Position numbers and translations under genes: made by a program. Positions 13,501-31,461 of a DNA stretch of 64,000 nucleotides are shown piece by piece (positions within the stretch are counted from its first letter, which is position 1; the number at the start of each line of letters is the position of its first letter). This stretch comes from the human T2T-CHM13v2.0 reference genome, Homo sapiens. The notes beneath the pieces were generated by a model that was given only the letters and a program-made list of their open reading frames with translations, made no database searches and had not been told where the DNA came from. The stretch covers positions 21,312,001 to 21,376,000 of the forward strand of contig CP086569.2 in assembly GCA_009914755.4 (NCBI GenBank), given 5' to 3'.

Positions 13501-14962
13501 ATGTTAAGTTACTTTTGAATCAGACCCTGATGGACACTGAGAAATAGGGCACTCTGTAAGCAACAGAGAAATTTGAGGATGAGCTTGGCATAACACATAG
13601 CATAAGGGAAGGGGAAAAACATTATCCAACTGGAATAGAAGCAGTACCAATGGATGACCCTAAATGGGATCCCAATGACAAGATGAAAGACTGGAAGAGG
13701 AGACACTTTCAAGTGTGTATAATGAAAGGCTTATGTAGAACTAGTACCAAGCCACTTAATTATACTAAGTTGTCCATGATTGACCAAGGATTTGATAAAC
13801 ATCCCACTGCCTTACTGTTAAGGTAATGGAGCATTGGTAAAGTGCCCCTCTTTATCTCCTAACTTAGTTGAGGGACAACTAGCCCAGACCAATTCTGGTA
13901 TCAGAAGAAGCTACAAAAACAGGTCCTGGATCTGGATAGTACTTTAGAGAACCTCCTGAAATAGCCACCATTGTATTTTATAATAAAAACGGAGAGGCCC
14001 AGAAAAGAGAGAAAAAACAGGAAAGAATAAGAAGACTTAATGGCTGCCAAGTAATCCCCACAAACTTCAGAATTCCCAGGGTGCACCTGGTAACTGTTAA
14101 AGATATGGCAAAAACAGTTATTTATCTTCTAAAGTTTAACTACCTCCATACAAAGTTTAATTTATTTTGTCAGGGTGAAACAACTCAGGTAAAATGTTTC
14201 TGTTAGTACGTTTCACTTCTTATCTCTGTAATCTTTGGCAATAAATTATTTCCTTTTACAATACACATGTTTAACCTATGCATACATAACTGTATAAAAC
14301 GTGTTTCTCTCTGACTTAGCAGCCACAAAATTCCAAATGGTCAGACAATGGGAGCTTCAGATGATGGCTCCACTTACTAGGAACCCTTAGATAGACATCT
14401 GGGAGAAATCTGACTGCTGCTTTCCCTGTCAGCAGGAAGTAGCTTAAGACTGGTGGTCATCCAAATTCTAACAGCAATTAGATGTACCTCTTCAGGAAGG
14501 GCAAATGATATAGGAGAGAGATACGGTAATGCTGGATAGAAAAAATTGGTCTCTGGTGAGGTCTCTCCATCCTCTGGCCTATGGCAATGGACCTAGGTCA
14601 GGACAGGCACTCCTGTTTTTATGCCCAAATATTGCATTTCCCAAGAACACCATGTCCAGCCATGCCCTCCATCCTGTGCCTATAATAACCCTGAGACCCT
14701 AGTGGGCACACACACAAGTGGCTGGATGTTTAGAAGAACACACTAGCAGAAGAACACACAGGTGGCTGGACACTGAGAGGAGCAGAGGAATGGAAGAGCA
14801 CAACAACAGTCACTGGCAGGCCATCAAGATGCAGAAGGACACTAACAATGAAGGAAATTTGGCTGGGGTTGTTGGAGGATAGTTCAGCCACTGAGCAGCC
14901 TGACTCCAGGGGAAAACCACCTTTTCACTGTATCCCCCTTCTGGCTTCCTATTTATCTGTAG

Positions 14963-15320
14963 TAATATGGTTTGGCTGTGTCCCCGCCCAAATCTCAACT
15001 TGAATTTTTCTCCCAGAATTCCTATGTATGGTGGGAGGGACCCAGGGGGAGGTAATTGAATCATGGGGTCTTGTCGTCCTGTGTTATTCTCATGATAGTA
15101 AATAAATCTCAGAAGATTTGATGGGCTTATCATGGGTTTCTGCTTATGCTTCTTCCTCATTCTCTCTTGCAGCTACCATGTAAGAAGTGCCTTTCACCTC
15201 CCACTATGATTCTGATGCCTCCCCAGCCATGTGGAACTGGAAGTTTAATTAAACCTCTGTGTCTCTTTCCAGTCTCAGATATGTTTCCTTATTAGCAGCA
15301 TGAAAATGGGCTAATACAGT
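14963..15320 (+). repeat. MaLR 5' LTR (THE1/MST-type)
   Basis: Sequence taatatggtttggctgtgtccccgcccaaatctcaacttgaatttttctcccagaattcctatgtatggtgggagggacccagggggaggtaattgaatcatgggg ... gcatgaaaatgggctaatacag. Confidence 0.8.
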
Positions 15321-16667
15321 AAATTGGTACCAGTAGAGTGGGGTGTTGCTGAAAAGATACTCAAAAATGTGGAAGCAGCTTTGGAGCTGGGTATCAGGCT
15401 GAGGTTGGAACAGTTTGGAGGGCTCAGAAGAAGACAAGAAAATGTGGGAAAGTTTGGAACTTCCTAGAGACTTGTTGAATGGCTTTGACAAAAATGCTAA
15501 TAGTGATATAAACAATAAAGTCCAGGCTGAGGTAATCTCAGATGAGATGAGAAACTTGGGAACTGGAGCAAAGGTGACTTGCATTATGTTTTAGCAAAGA
15601 GACTAGTGGAATTTTCCCCCTGCCCTAGAGACGTGAAATTTTGAACTTCAGAGAGATAATTTAGGGTGTCTGGCTGAAGAAATTTCTAAATGACAAAACA
15701 TTCAAAAGGTGACTTGGGTGCTGTTAAAAACATTCCATTTTAAAAGGGAAACAGAGAAAAAAATCAGAAAATTTGCAGACTGATGATGCAGTAAGCCCTT
15801 GGTGCCCTGTGTCCCAGCTGCACCAGACATTGCTAAATGGGGAAAAGGTACAGCTTGATCCATGGTTTCAGAATGTACAAGCCTCAAACCTAGGTAGTTT
15901 CATGTGATGTTGAACCTGCAGGTGCACTGAAGTCAAGAATTGAGGTTTTGGAGCCTAAACCTAGATTTCAGAAGATGTATGAAAACACGTGGATGCCCAG
16001 GAAAAAGTTTGCTTCAGAGGCATGTCCCTCATGGAGAACCTCTGCTATGGCAGTGTGAAAGTGAAACGTAGGGTCAAAGCCCACACACAGAGTCTCTACT
16101 GGGGCACTGCCTAGTAGAGCTGTGAAAAGAGAGCCACTGCCCTCCATATCCCAGAATGGTAAATCCATTGACAGCTTGCACTGTGCACCTGGAAAAGCCA
16201 CAGACACTCAGGGCCAGCCCGTGAAAGCAGCCAGGAGGGAGGCTGTACCCTGCAAAGCCACAGGGGTGGAGGTGCCCGAGACTATGGGAACCCATCTCTT
16301 GCACCTATGTGACCTGGATGGGAGACCTGGAATCAAAGGTGATTATTTTAAAACTTTAAAATGTCACTGCCCTGCTGGATTTCAGACTTCTGTAGGGCCT
16401 GTAACCCATTTGTTTTGGCCAATTTCTCCAATATGGATGACTCTATTTATCCAATACCTGTATCCCCATTGTATCTAGGAAGTAACTAGCTTGCTTAAAA
16501 TTTCACAGGGTCATAGGCAGAAGGAACTTGACTTCTCTCAGATGAGACTTTGGAGTGTGGACTTTTGGGTTAATACTAAAATGACTTAAGACTTTAGGGG
16601 ACTGTTGGGAAAACATAATTGTTGTTGAAATGTGAGAACATGAGATATGGAGGGGCCAGGAGTGGAA

Positions 16668-17025
16668 TGATATGGTTTGGCTGTGTCTTAACTCAAATCT
16701 CAACTTGAATTGTATCTCCCATAATGCCCACATGATGTAGTAGGCACCCAGGGCGATGTAATTGAATCACTGGGGCCAGTCTTTCTTGTGTTATTCTCAT
16801 GCTAGTAAATAAGTCTCAGGAGATCTAATAGGTTTATCAGCGGTTTGCGCTTTTACTTTCTCCTCATTTTCTCTTGCCACCACCATGTAAGAAGTACCTT
16901 TCTCATCCCATCATGATTCTGAAGACTTCCCAGCCATGTGGAACTGTATATCCAATTAAACCTGTTTTTCTTCCCAGTCTTTGGTATGTCTTTATCAAAA
17001 GTATGAAAATGGACTAATAAATGCA
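16668..17025 (+). repeat. MaLR 3' LTR (THE1/MST-type)
   Basis: Sequence tgatatggtttggctgtgtcttaactcaaatctcaacttgaattgtatctcccataatgcccacatgatg...gtaattgaatcactgggg ... gtatgaaaatggactaataaa, preceded by the purine-rich tract ggaggggccaggagtggaa. Confidence 0.8.
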
Positions 17026-18035
17026 GAGAGCTATATTCATCATTTAAGAAAAACTTGGACTCATTATGCAAGCCCATGTGTGATTCAATTTTTCTACTAC
17101 CTTAGGGGAAGAACTCCAGGACACAGGTCCTCTGTCCTTGCAATAAGGCAGAGGGTCTAATTGACCTGATTTATATGAGTTGCCTACAGGCATAAAACTA
17201 AAAAAGCACACTGTAACACATGCCCACTGGAACTTCAGGAGCTGTAAACATTCACCTTAAGATACTACCATGGGTTGGAAGCCCACACTTCACATGACCT
17301 GCCCATCTGCTTCTTCCCTTAGGGGTTTTGAGTAGCAGGGCACCAAAGAAGTAAGCCGTATCCCCATCACATGCCCTGTAAGGGGGTCAAGGGAACTTTT
17401 TCCATTTCAAAATGAAATAAAATAAGTGGAAAGACCTACCAAAAGAACATGCTGCAACTACACATCAGATAATATATCAAACACTGTGCTTCCTCAACTT
17501 GCAGCATGTTAAGATCATTTGCTTTCCTTAGTTCTATGAGAATATAAATTCAATTATGGGCAGTTTTTACCCAGTTCCATTAAGGTAACTTGTACTTTCA
17601 TGTAAAAACACACATTTGTTTAATTTAGTGGAAAGCTGAATCATTCCTACAGTTGATGTCCAAAATCAACCACAATGCTTGGGGCTTTCTTATCTTCTGG
17701 CAAATATTCTCACCCTCTTTCTCAATCTCTCTCTCAGGTGAATAAACATTAGTGGAATAACTTGTCTCTAGGGCATCTATGTACAGAACATCAACACTAA
17801 CATATACTAGTTCACCTGAGGTTTTAAAAAAGACAAGCAATCAGTACCTCATGAGCCTGTCCACTGCTAACTCCAAGAAAGAGTCCACCTGCAATATTAG
17901 CAACTACACTATTGTCTTCAGGGACATCTGCAGATGGGCACTTGAACTGTCATCTAAGAAAGGAAAAACACTGACCACTTCTGTAAGGAAAGTTGAATTA
18001 CAGTATTCTCCTTTTTTAAGTCTATCTCTCTCTCT

Positions 18036-18277
18036 TTTTTATTTTTTATTTTGTGAGACAGAGTCTCACTCTGTCACCAGGCTGGATTGCAGCCTCCTGA
18101 GTAGCTGGGATTACAGGCACCAACAACCACTCCCAGGTAATATTTGCATTTTTAGTAGAGATGGAGATTCACTGCATTGGCCAGGCTGGTCTCATCTGGT
18201 TCCAGACCTCAGATGATCCTCCCTCCTTGGCCTCCTAAACTGCTGGGATTACAGGCATAAACCACCATGTCTGACCT
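18036..18277 (-). mobile_element. Alu SINE, internally deleted, minus strand
   Basis: A T-rich tail is followed by gagacagagtctcactctgtcaccaggctggattgcagcctcctgagtagctgggattacaggc ... ggcctcctaaactgctgggattacaggcataaaccaccatgtctgacc. It is about 240 bp, so part of the left monomer is missing. Confidence 0.8.
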
Positions 18278-18726
18278 TTAATGGATTAATTCAATGTTCT
18301 TGGATAATTGAATGGATGAATTCAAATGTTCTTGGCATTGAAGATAAGGTAGTACCATTCATAATTTAACTACTTGTTTGAAAAACCTTTAGGACACTAA
18401 AGATTATCATGTAAAGTAAATTTTTAGAGATTCTCTGTTTTCTCTAGTTACATTCACTTATCTTTAACTCATCTGTATCTCCAATATTAAATATCTGGAT
18501 CTGTTTTAAGTGTGTCTTTGGAACCACAGTAAGGTTCTCTAGGCCTAAACACACATAAGGTTTTTTTTTTTTTTTCACCCTGTGAAAATGAAGAGTAATG
18601 CAGAGAGAAAAAAATTTCTCTCAGCTTGTTTATGTCATTTAGAGATAAACCAAACAATGCTTTTTATTAGAACATGAATTTCAGGCAGTTTACATCAAAA
18701 TGTAAGGCCAGGCCTCTTTCTAAAAT

Positions 18727-18890
18727 GGGGGGAGGGGGAAGGCTACCATTAGGAGATATACCTAATGTAAATGAAGAGTTAATGGGTGCAGCACACCAAC
18801 ATGATGCCTGTATACATATGTAACAAACCTGCACATGGGCACATGTACCCTAGAACTTAAGGTATAATAAAAACAAAACAAAACAAAAAC
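18727..18890 (+). mobile_element. LINE-1 3' UTR terminal fragment with A-rich tail
   Basis: Sequence ggggagggggaaggctaccattaggagatatacctaatgtaaatgaagagttaatgggtgcagcacaccaacatgatgcctgtatacatatgtaacaaacctgcacatgggcacatgtaccctagaacttaaggtataataaaaacaaaacaaaac. Confidence 0.8.
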
Positions 18891-19911
18891 TGACTGCTTC
18901 TTTACAACATGTCCATCCAAAGGGGTTATTTTCATGAGAGTTTTTCTTCTTACATATCCAACTATTTAAAATCATTTAATTTTTTTCTCTAGAAGAGAGA
19001 ATGCTGCTTTTTATATACATAGTTTCTGTAGATTATTGCAATTACTATTTCAGTGTACTGGAAAAAAGCATCTATTTTTGTTACTATTCTTAATTACTTA
19101 TTATACTTCTGAGAGCAGAGAGAAGTGCAACATCAATCATAATATTGAACAAAAAAACAATTTGAAGGTTTTAATGCAATATTTCTAGGTCTAAGAAAGG
19201 CCAGGTTAATTGTGGGGTAGGTCTATAAAGGAAATCAAGTGGCGATGCCTTTCTGTACAAGGTACTGACCTGAGTATTATCCTCTCTTTTCCATGGTGCC
19301 ATCACAATTTTATGTTCATATGTAAAATGAAGGTCAAATTTTATAAAAATTTGTACATTCTTAATTACTGCATAAGTACACACTTCAGATTATCCCCATC
19401 TCTACAATTTTTGTTTTGTTTTGTTTCTACAAACTATCGAGTAGGAAAACACAAAGTCCTTTCTTTGAGGAATATTAGGCAATATTGAATATATTAGTCT
19501 ACATCTTTAGCATTTTTTAAAAATTTTCTACCACACCGTAGGTGGCCTCAATTTAGGAGGCTGGAAACCCTTGTCTTTTAAACACAAGATCTAAAAACTG
19601 TTGGTTGACATACGTGGTTCTTTGAGGAAAACGGGATGATATTTGGAACATGTAGGAAATGCCTGTACTCATTAATGATGAAGAGCTTGAGACAATAAGC
19701 TGGCAAAAAGATTATATCTTAAATTTTTAAAGAATCAGGTTGGTCAACAAAGGTGTAACTAAATTTCCTGTTGGCTGAAGCAGAGTGTAAAACACATGGA
19801 TTCTACTGAAAATGAAGGTTCTCAATTGTGTGTAAGCATGTCCCAGATGAAAGGACAAAAACACAAAAAGTAGATAGCTAATTTAGAGTCTCAGATCCTT
19901 TGTATCTGCAA

Positions 19912-19940
19912 AATATATATATATATATATGAGAGAGAGA
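19912..19940. repeat. (TA)n(GA)n compound microsatellite
   Basis: atatatatatatatatatgagagagaga is visible. Confidence 0.9.
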
Positions 19941-20480
19941 AAAACTCTCAGAAAACCTACAGCAAACTTCTGTGTCACAGCTATGATAATTTGCTTTGTC
20001 ACATTTCCAAAGCATCCCTTTATACCATAGCCCATCAGAAAATTGTCTTTACCAAACCTTTGTTTTATCTGCCAATGGCCTTTCTAGACTTTCCCTGGCT
20101 AAAAAAGACAGGGTGCTATGGCATTGCCAATAGTTTAGGGGCCATGCGGCATTCAGCTTAATGCTGCCCTTGTGCAGATAAAAGAGGGATGGTTCATAAT
20201 AAAATTATATTTTATATTTCTATTTTCTGACTCAGAAGCTAGTGCCTGTTTTTCTTGGCAAAACCATGCACATTGTGCAAGTAAATAATGCTGCTATTCA
20301 TAGACAGGTGTAGTTCTATAATCTCACATCAAAAATAGCCCCAAAACAGAGTCTACTAACCTAGGTAGGAGACTTGGCATAGGTAGAATTACAACTAGGA
20401 TCAGTTGTAACTCTGTTGCAATTATACAACAACTGGGGTCAGTTATAACTGAAATTCTACTACCTATGATAACAATGTGG

Positions 20481-20491
20481 AAAACAGATAC
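20481..20491. repeat. Left target-site duplication (AAAACAGATAC) of the full-length L1 at 20492-26630
   Basis: The identical 11-mer aaaacagatac lies immediately left of the L1 tail (ttttaaaaaaatttttt) and again at 26631-26641 just beyond the L1 5' end. Confidence 0.7.
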
Positions 20492-26630
<6,139 letters not shown>

Positions 26631-26641
26631 ACATGCTTGCG
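26631..26641. repeat. Right target-site duplication (AAAACAGATAC) of the full-length L1 at 20492-26630
   Basis: See the left copy at 20481-20491. Four extra bases (tgct) sit between the L1 5' end and this target-site duplication. Confidence 0.7.
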
Positions 26642-27749
26642 CAAAATAGCATCACTTGAATTTCTTAGCAGTGGCACTAATGTTAATCTATTCTACAGCC
26701 ATAAAATATTCACGCTGTAGAAGTTGTTTCAGGATGGAAAACCCTTGGCTTTATTAAATATTGAAATATATCTTCATGGCCAGCAGCCATGTGTGAAGCA
26801 GCTGCAACCATCCCAAATATCCAGATCCTGGGCTTGTATTCTCTGCACCACCTCATCTTCACCCCCTTCTGTTGCATCTTGAGCTGGATTCATCTTCTCT
26901 TCTATGTTCCAAAATGGTTGTTTTACTCTGCAGACGGGAACTTTGCATTCTTGCTCCTAATCCAGCATAGTATAGCCATCATTTATCCTGTGGACTGTCT
27001 GCTGTTTGAATAGAACTGTAGGTGAGATGAAAATTTGAGAAACCAGACTGGTTTGCATGTCATGGAGGACACCTGCACTGCCTTGTGCATCTGTACAGTG
27101 TACTCAGATATTCAAATCCATTCCTCTGAGTTATTTGATACATTAAAATTGTCTCTTCTTTTTTGACAAGAGTCTGTTTTGTGGCTTTACTTTTGGTGTC
27201 TTATCCAGGATGGACTGTGACCTGTCTTAGTTTCTCCAAGTTTTTGCAGATGGGCTCATTTTTGCCTGCAAGTGCTATGGTAGAGAGTCTGCTTTTTTGG
27301 CCTGGCCAAGTTTTTATACTGGGAGGTCTTATTTCTTAAATTTGCAGAGTGTTCCAATCTGCCATGTCAACAAAGTTTTGAGACATATAATTCTTATGTT
27401 TGCAGGCATTGATTAAGCCTTTTCCATAGGCTCTGCTCTTGCTGGTAGAAAAGGTCCTGGTTGAAGTTGAGAACTGTGTACTTGCCTGTTGGTTGGATCT
27501 TCTTCTTCTATGCTTGATTGTTGTTCTAGCTTTTTTTATACTTGCGGCTTTCAGGATGGAATTGTGATTTTTCATGATTTGCCAGTAGACCATACTTCTG
27601 GAAATAACAGTTGTGGCCATGGACTATAAATTCTTCCATGGGCAAAGTGACAACAAGTTGCTTGCCAAACTGTCTGGGTGACTCCAATGGTTTAGCAGGG
27701 CTAATGGTCCTCTACGGTGCCCCATGGTTACTGCAGCCAAGTGTCCAGT

Positions 27750-27785
27750 ATAAGGACACCTTGTGGGATAAGGACACCTTGTGGG
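27750..27785. repeat. Perfect 18-bp tandem duplication (ataaggacaccttgtggg x2)
   Basis: The two units are directly adjacent and identical in the sequence. Confidence 0.85.
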
Positions 27786-28847
27786 ATAAGTGGCTGCTAT
27801 GACATTAGAGTTTTGTGACATCACTAAAGCAATGAGCAGTACTGCCTCTGGCATTAACCATTTTTTGAACTTTAGAAACATCCAATAAGCACCAGGACAT
27901 AGATGGGAAATCTGATTCTGAGGTAATCCTGTTGGCTTTATGGGTTTCTCTTCTACTAACATTGTTTGAAAAAAATTGTTTTCCATCCCAAGTGCTTTGA
28001 TGGGGTTAATTTTTTTGTCTTGAAGCAGGAAGATGCTACAGGACAATTAGTGATTATAGGACAAAAATAATTCTCTTAGAAAACCCCCAAAATATGTCTG
28101 GCTTTTCAAATCAGACATAAGAGATATAATTTTCTGCTTTTCTTCTCTCGTTTATTGCCTAATAAGTGACTTTAAAATGGGTAACTATCTTACAGTTCTG
28201 AAGTCTAGAGGAGCAGAAACATAATGTTGACTAGTTTTTGTTTTTGTGTCTATGTGAGTTGTCTCTCAAGCTGGATGTGGCAGTGTACTTACCATGCCAT
28301 TAAATGGTCAATCCTTTCTTGTTTGAGTCTTATTCTTCCATGCTCTTACATGTGCCAATGATATAGGGTTAAGAGCCATCCATATACAAATATTTTACAG
28401 TAATTCCCCTAGTAAAAGTATTATATGCATACAAAGTCAAACTCAGACATTTTAAGCACAATGAGAAAACAAACAGAAACAAAACAATCCAAAAACACAT
28501 GATTTTCTATCTTCTCTGGTACTTGGTAATTTTAGATCTATGTCTTTTTTTTTTTTAAACAGGAAATTTCTGAAACAACCTAATTGTCTGTGGTAAATAC
28601 CAAGGATCTTAGTCTCACAGCCAAGTGGATCAAGGCTGTGGATACACACACCCATAGAATGAGTTTAGAGCAGGAGTTTAATAGACAAAAAGAACAGCTC
28701 TTCAGCATAGAGAGGAGCCCTGAGTAGGTTGCCAAGCTGTGCTAAAATCTCAGGGTTTTTGTAAATGGGCTAATGAGGAGGGCACTAGTGAGGAGAGGAT
28801 GTCTTATCCTCATAAAACCTGATGATTTAGTTGGAACCAGGTATGCT

Positions 28848-29168
28848 TTCTGTATAGAGCAGAGTCTTTATCAACTCTCACCTTATTCCCTGATCAGGTA
28901 GGCAGACTTTCAGTCTCTGTTGCTCTGTGCTGCTTTGTGTTGCTTATCTGGGAGAGAGAGTTTGTGTGTCTATTCCCAGACATCTTAACAGCTGCAGGTA
29001 TCTCTCACACTTCCACTTCTAGATTCGCTATTGTGTCTATAAGGAAAGGAATGTACTTATTAACACCCACTGTTTTTACTGGGACCCATTTGTAGGAGTG
29101 TGAAGTTTGGTGATTACCCAAGTGATCTCTCTCATTCTGTGCTCAAGGTGTTTATCTGTGATTTACAG
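28848..29168 (+). repeat. Copy A of a diverged direct repeat of about 320 bp (LTR-like; partner at 33298-33638)
   Basis: Shares with copy B the ordered motifs gttgctctgtg.tgc.ttgtgttgcttatctgggag.gag..tt.tgtg.ct.ttcccagacatctt..cagctgcag...t.tc ... ccactgtttttactgg..cc.att...g..gtgtgaagtt.ggtgattaccca ... ctgtgctcaag.tgtttatc..tgatttacag. I estimate about 80 percent identity by eye. Confidence 0.5.
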
Positions 29169-30821
29169 TAGACTTATTCTTTGTTGAGTTGCCCGCATTT
29201 CTAGATTAATATTGGCTTCCACTAAGGAAAGACAAAGAGTTTGTCCTGGGGCCATGAGGATGCAGGCCTCCATGTAGGTAGGGTAAAATATTTCTACCTA
29301 ATAAAGGAGTGGGACTTTCAGGCATAATAAAGGAGTCCTGTGTAAATAATATGTCCCCCCAACTACAAATAAGTAGTGGAGAAAAATATCAAGTTAGAGT
29401 CTTTTTTAAGACACCCACCATTGTTGTGACATGGGAAGAGGAGAGGCATGGATTGGTGAGGAGAACAGAAAGACTGGCTCCAGAATCCAGTGGGAGGCTT
29501 GCCCTCCTCCCTTCAATTTCCATTATCACCCAGGACTCCTGAGCAGTAATGGATGTTTGAACCATTGGAACCAGGGGTTTCAGCCCCAGAACCCATCAGT
29601 CCTGCTGGAGCATCTGTGAGAATGATTCCGTACTCACTGACCTCTGTCTTGGTGGTCAGTAGTGCAATCTCCAGTGGTCTTCACCACAAAAGTGGTCAAG
29701 GTGGCTTTTTCTTGTGGCTTGGGCAATTCTTCTTAAAGTGCCCTGGCTTTAACACTGGTAACAGGTAGCAATCAGTGGAAGTTCCTGGGGGATCCTGGAC
29801 TCTGCAAGTCTGCAAAGCAGCCACTAGAGCCTCAGCCTTTCTCTTGTTCTTCCTGTTTTTCTCGTGGGCCTCCTCCCAGTCCTATTGTAAGAGAACAATG
29901 AGGCCACATTCAGGAGGTTCTTCAAGATACAATCTGGTCCTATAGCCTGTTTCTGTAGCTTTTTTCTAATATCAGGAACTGCCTGCTTTTCGGCTGCAGT
30001 AAGGGTTTGGCATAGGAGCAGCATAACATCCCTCCACTTGAGATTGAACACTAAGTTAAATTTTGAAAGGTCTCCAAATTCCTAGCCAGGTCATCAGAAG
30101 ATCAGCTCAAGTCTCCCTCTATTTTCCTAAGGTCCTATAATGAAAGGAGAACATGTGTTTTAGTGGTGACCCTTCCATCTGGCATTTCTTATAGGGGTAG
30201 GAGTGAAGCAGGGGAAATGGTGAGCTTTGGACCTGGTGGAGGTGGGGGAGATTTTGGTGCAGTTGGAGGGGACCCTGGATAAGAGACACTGAAATAACTC
30301 GGGCACACATAGAATGCAAAGGTCTGCACTTGCAAAGGTCTGGGTTTTCTCCACAGGGCAAAGAAAGCCTGTTCATATCAAACTTTGGATCATTTGCTGT
30401 CCCATCTACACAAAAGATCTAATTGTTGGATAAAATTAGAATCAAGGCTCCTTTCAGCTGGCCAGGTCTCTTTATTCCTGAGACAGTAAGAAGGCCACAC
30501 CATTGTGCAAAAGAAAATGAGCTGTTTTTGTTCAAAGTTCCAGGGTCAAAGGAGTCTCAATGTTTCAGAATGCACTCTAGAGAAGTGCAAGCTGAAGATG
30601 GCTTGTCATCCATCAAAAAAAGAGACAAAAGAAGAGGCATCCTTGTGTCTCTTGGTTCTTTTTAATGTGACCCAGATTGAAGGAGATGACCATTGGGGGA
30701 CTCCCCCTGACCTCCCTCCTTGGTATCTGGGTCCCAACACCATAATTCCCATCTCATGATTGCAGGTGTAACCCTCAAACATGGTACAGAGAGGTGAAGT
30801 CAGCTGGACTTCCTGGGTCAG

Positions 30822-31461
30822 TGAGTGGGGACTTGGGGAACTTTTCTATCTAGCTAGAGGATTGTAAATGCACCAATCAGCACTCTGTGTCTAGCTAAAG
30901 GATTGCAAATGCACCAATCAGCACTCTGTAAAATGGACCAACCAGCACTCTGTAAATGGACCAATCAACTCTCTGTAAAATGGGACAATCAGCAGGATAT
31001 GCACGGTGCCAAATAAGGGAATAAAAGCTGGCCACTTGAGTCAGCAGCGGCAAACACTGGGATCCCCTTCCAGGCTGTGGAAACTTTGATCTTTCACTCT
31101 TCACAATAAATCTTGCTGCTGCTCAGTCTTTGGGTCTGCACTACCTTTATGAGCTGTAACTCTCACCATGAGCATCTGTGTCTTCAATCTTGAAGTCAGC
31201 AAGACAAAGAACCCACTGGGAGGAACAAATAACTCTGAAAGCTCCACCTTTAAGAGCTGTAACACTCACTGTGAAGGTCTGTGTCTTCACTACTGAAGTC
31301 ACCATAACCATGAACCCACTGGAAGGAAGAAACTCTGGACACATCTGAACATCTGAAGGAGGAAACTCCGGACATACCATCTTTAAGAACTGTAACACTC
31401 ACCATAAGTGTCTGCAGCTTCATTCTTGAAGTCAGCCAGGAACCCACCGGAAGGAACCAAT
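30822..31461 (+). mobile_element. LTR12-family (ERV9 LTR) fragment: U3 CCAAT-box tandem repeats plus R/U5, CpG-decayed
   Basis: ERV9 LTR hallmarks are present: gtgagtggggacttggggaac, tandem units aggattgtaaatgcaccaatcagcactctgt / aaaatggaccaaccagcactctgtaaatggaccaatcaactctctgtaaaatgggacaatcagcagg, then gaataaaagctggcc ... ttcacaataaatcttgctgctgctca.tctttgggtc, and three ctgtaacactcac..gaaggtctg...cttca.t..tgaagtca repeats ending at aattctagacaca. Consensus CpGs appear as TpG or CpA, so the copy is old and probably transcriptionally inert. Confidence 0.7.

Larger units (their letters stand above)
14963..17025 (+). mobile_element. Complete ERVL-MaLR retrotransposon (THE1/MST-like): 5' LTR, internal region and 3' LTR
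   Basis: Both LTRs begin with the MaLR hallmark tgatatggtttggctgtgtcc.caaatctcaacttgaat.. and contain gggaggtaattgaatcatggggtc / ccatgtaagaag / cagccatgtggaactg / aattaaacctct / ctaatac. The internal part begins with the MaLR primer-binding-site-like tggtaccagtagagtggggtgttgctg. The LTRs are diverged from one another, so the element is old. Confidence 0.8.

Noticed and set aside
13530-14960. Weak gag-like translation (…PKWDPNDKMKDWKRRHFQVCIMKGL…SMIDQGFDKHPTALL) upstream of the MaLR 5' LTR, and a similar weak capsid-like antisense ORF at 29824-30051
   Set aside because: The resemblance to a retroviral capsid is too faint to call without a search. These are at most decayed ERV-internal remnants. 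They are reported here rather than as features.
17779-18216. 145-aa plus-strand ORF
   Set aside because: Its C-terminal two thirds are translated from an antisense Alu (…[33 protein letters not shown]…). Alu-derived ORFs are common artefacts.
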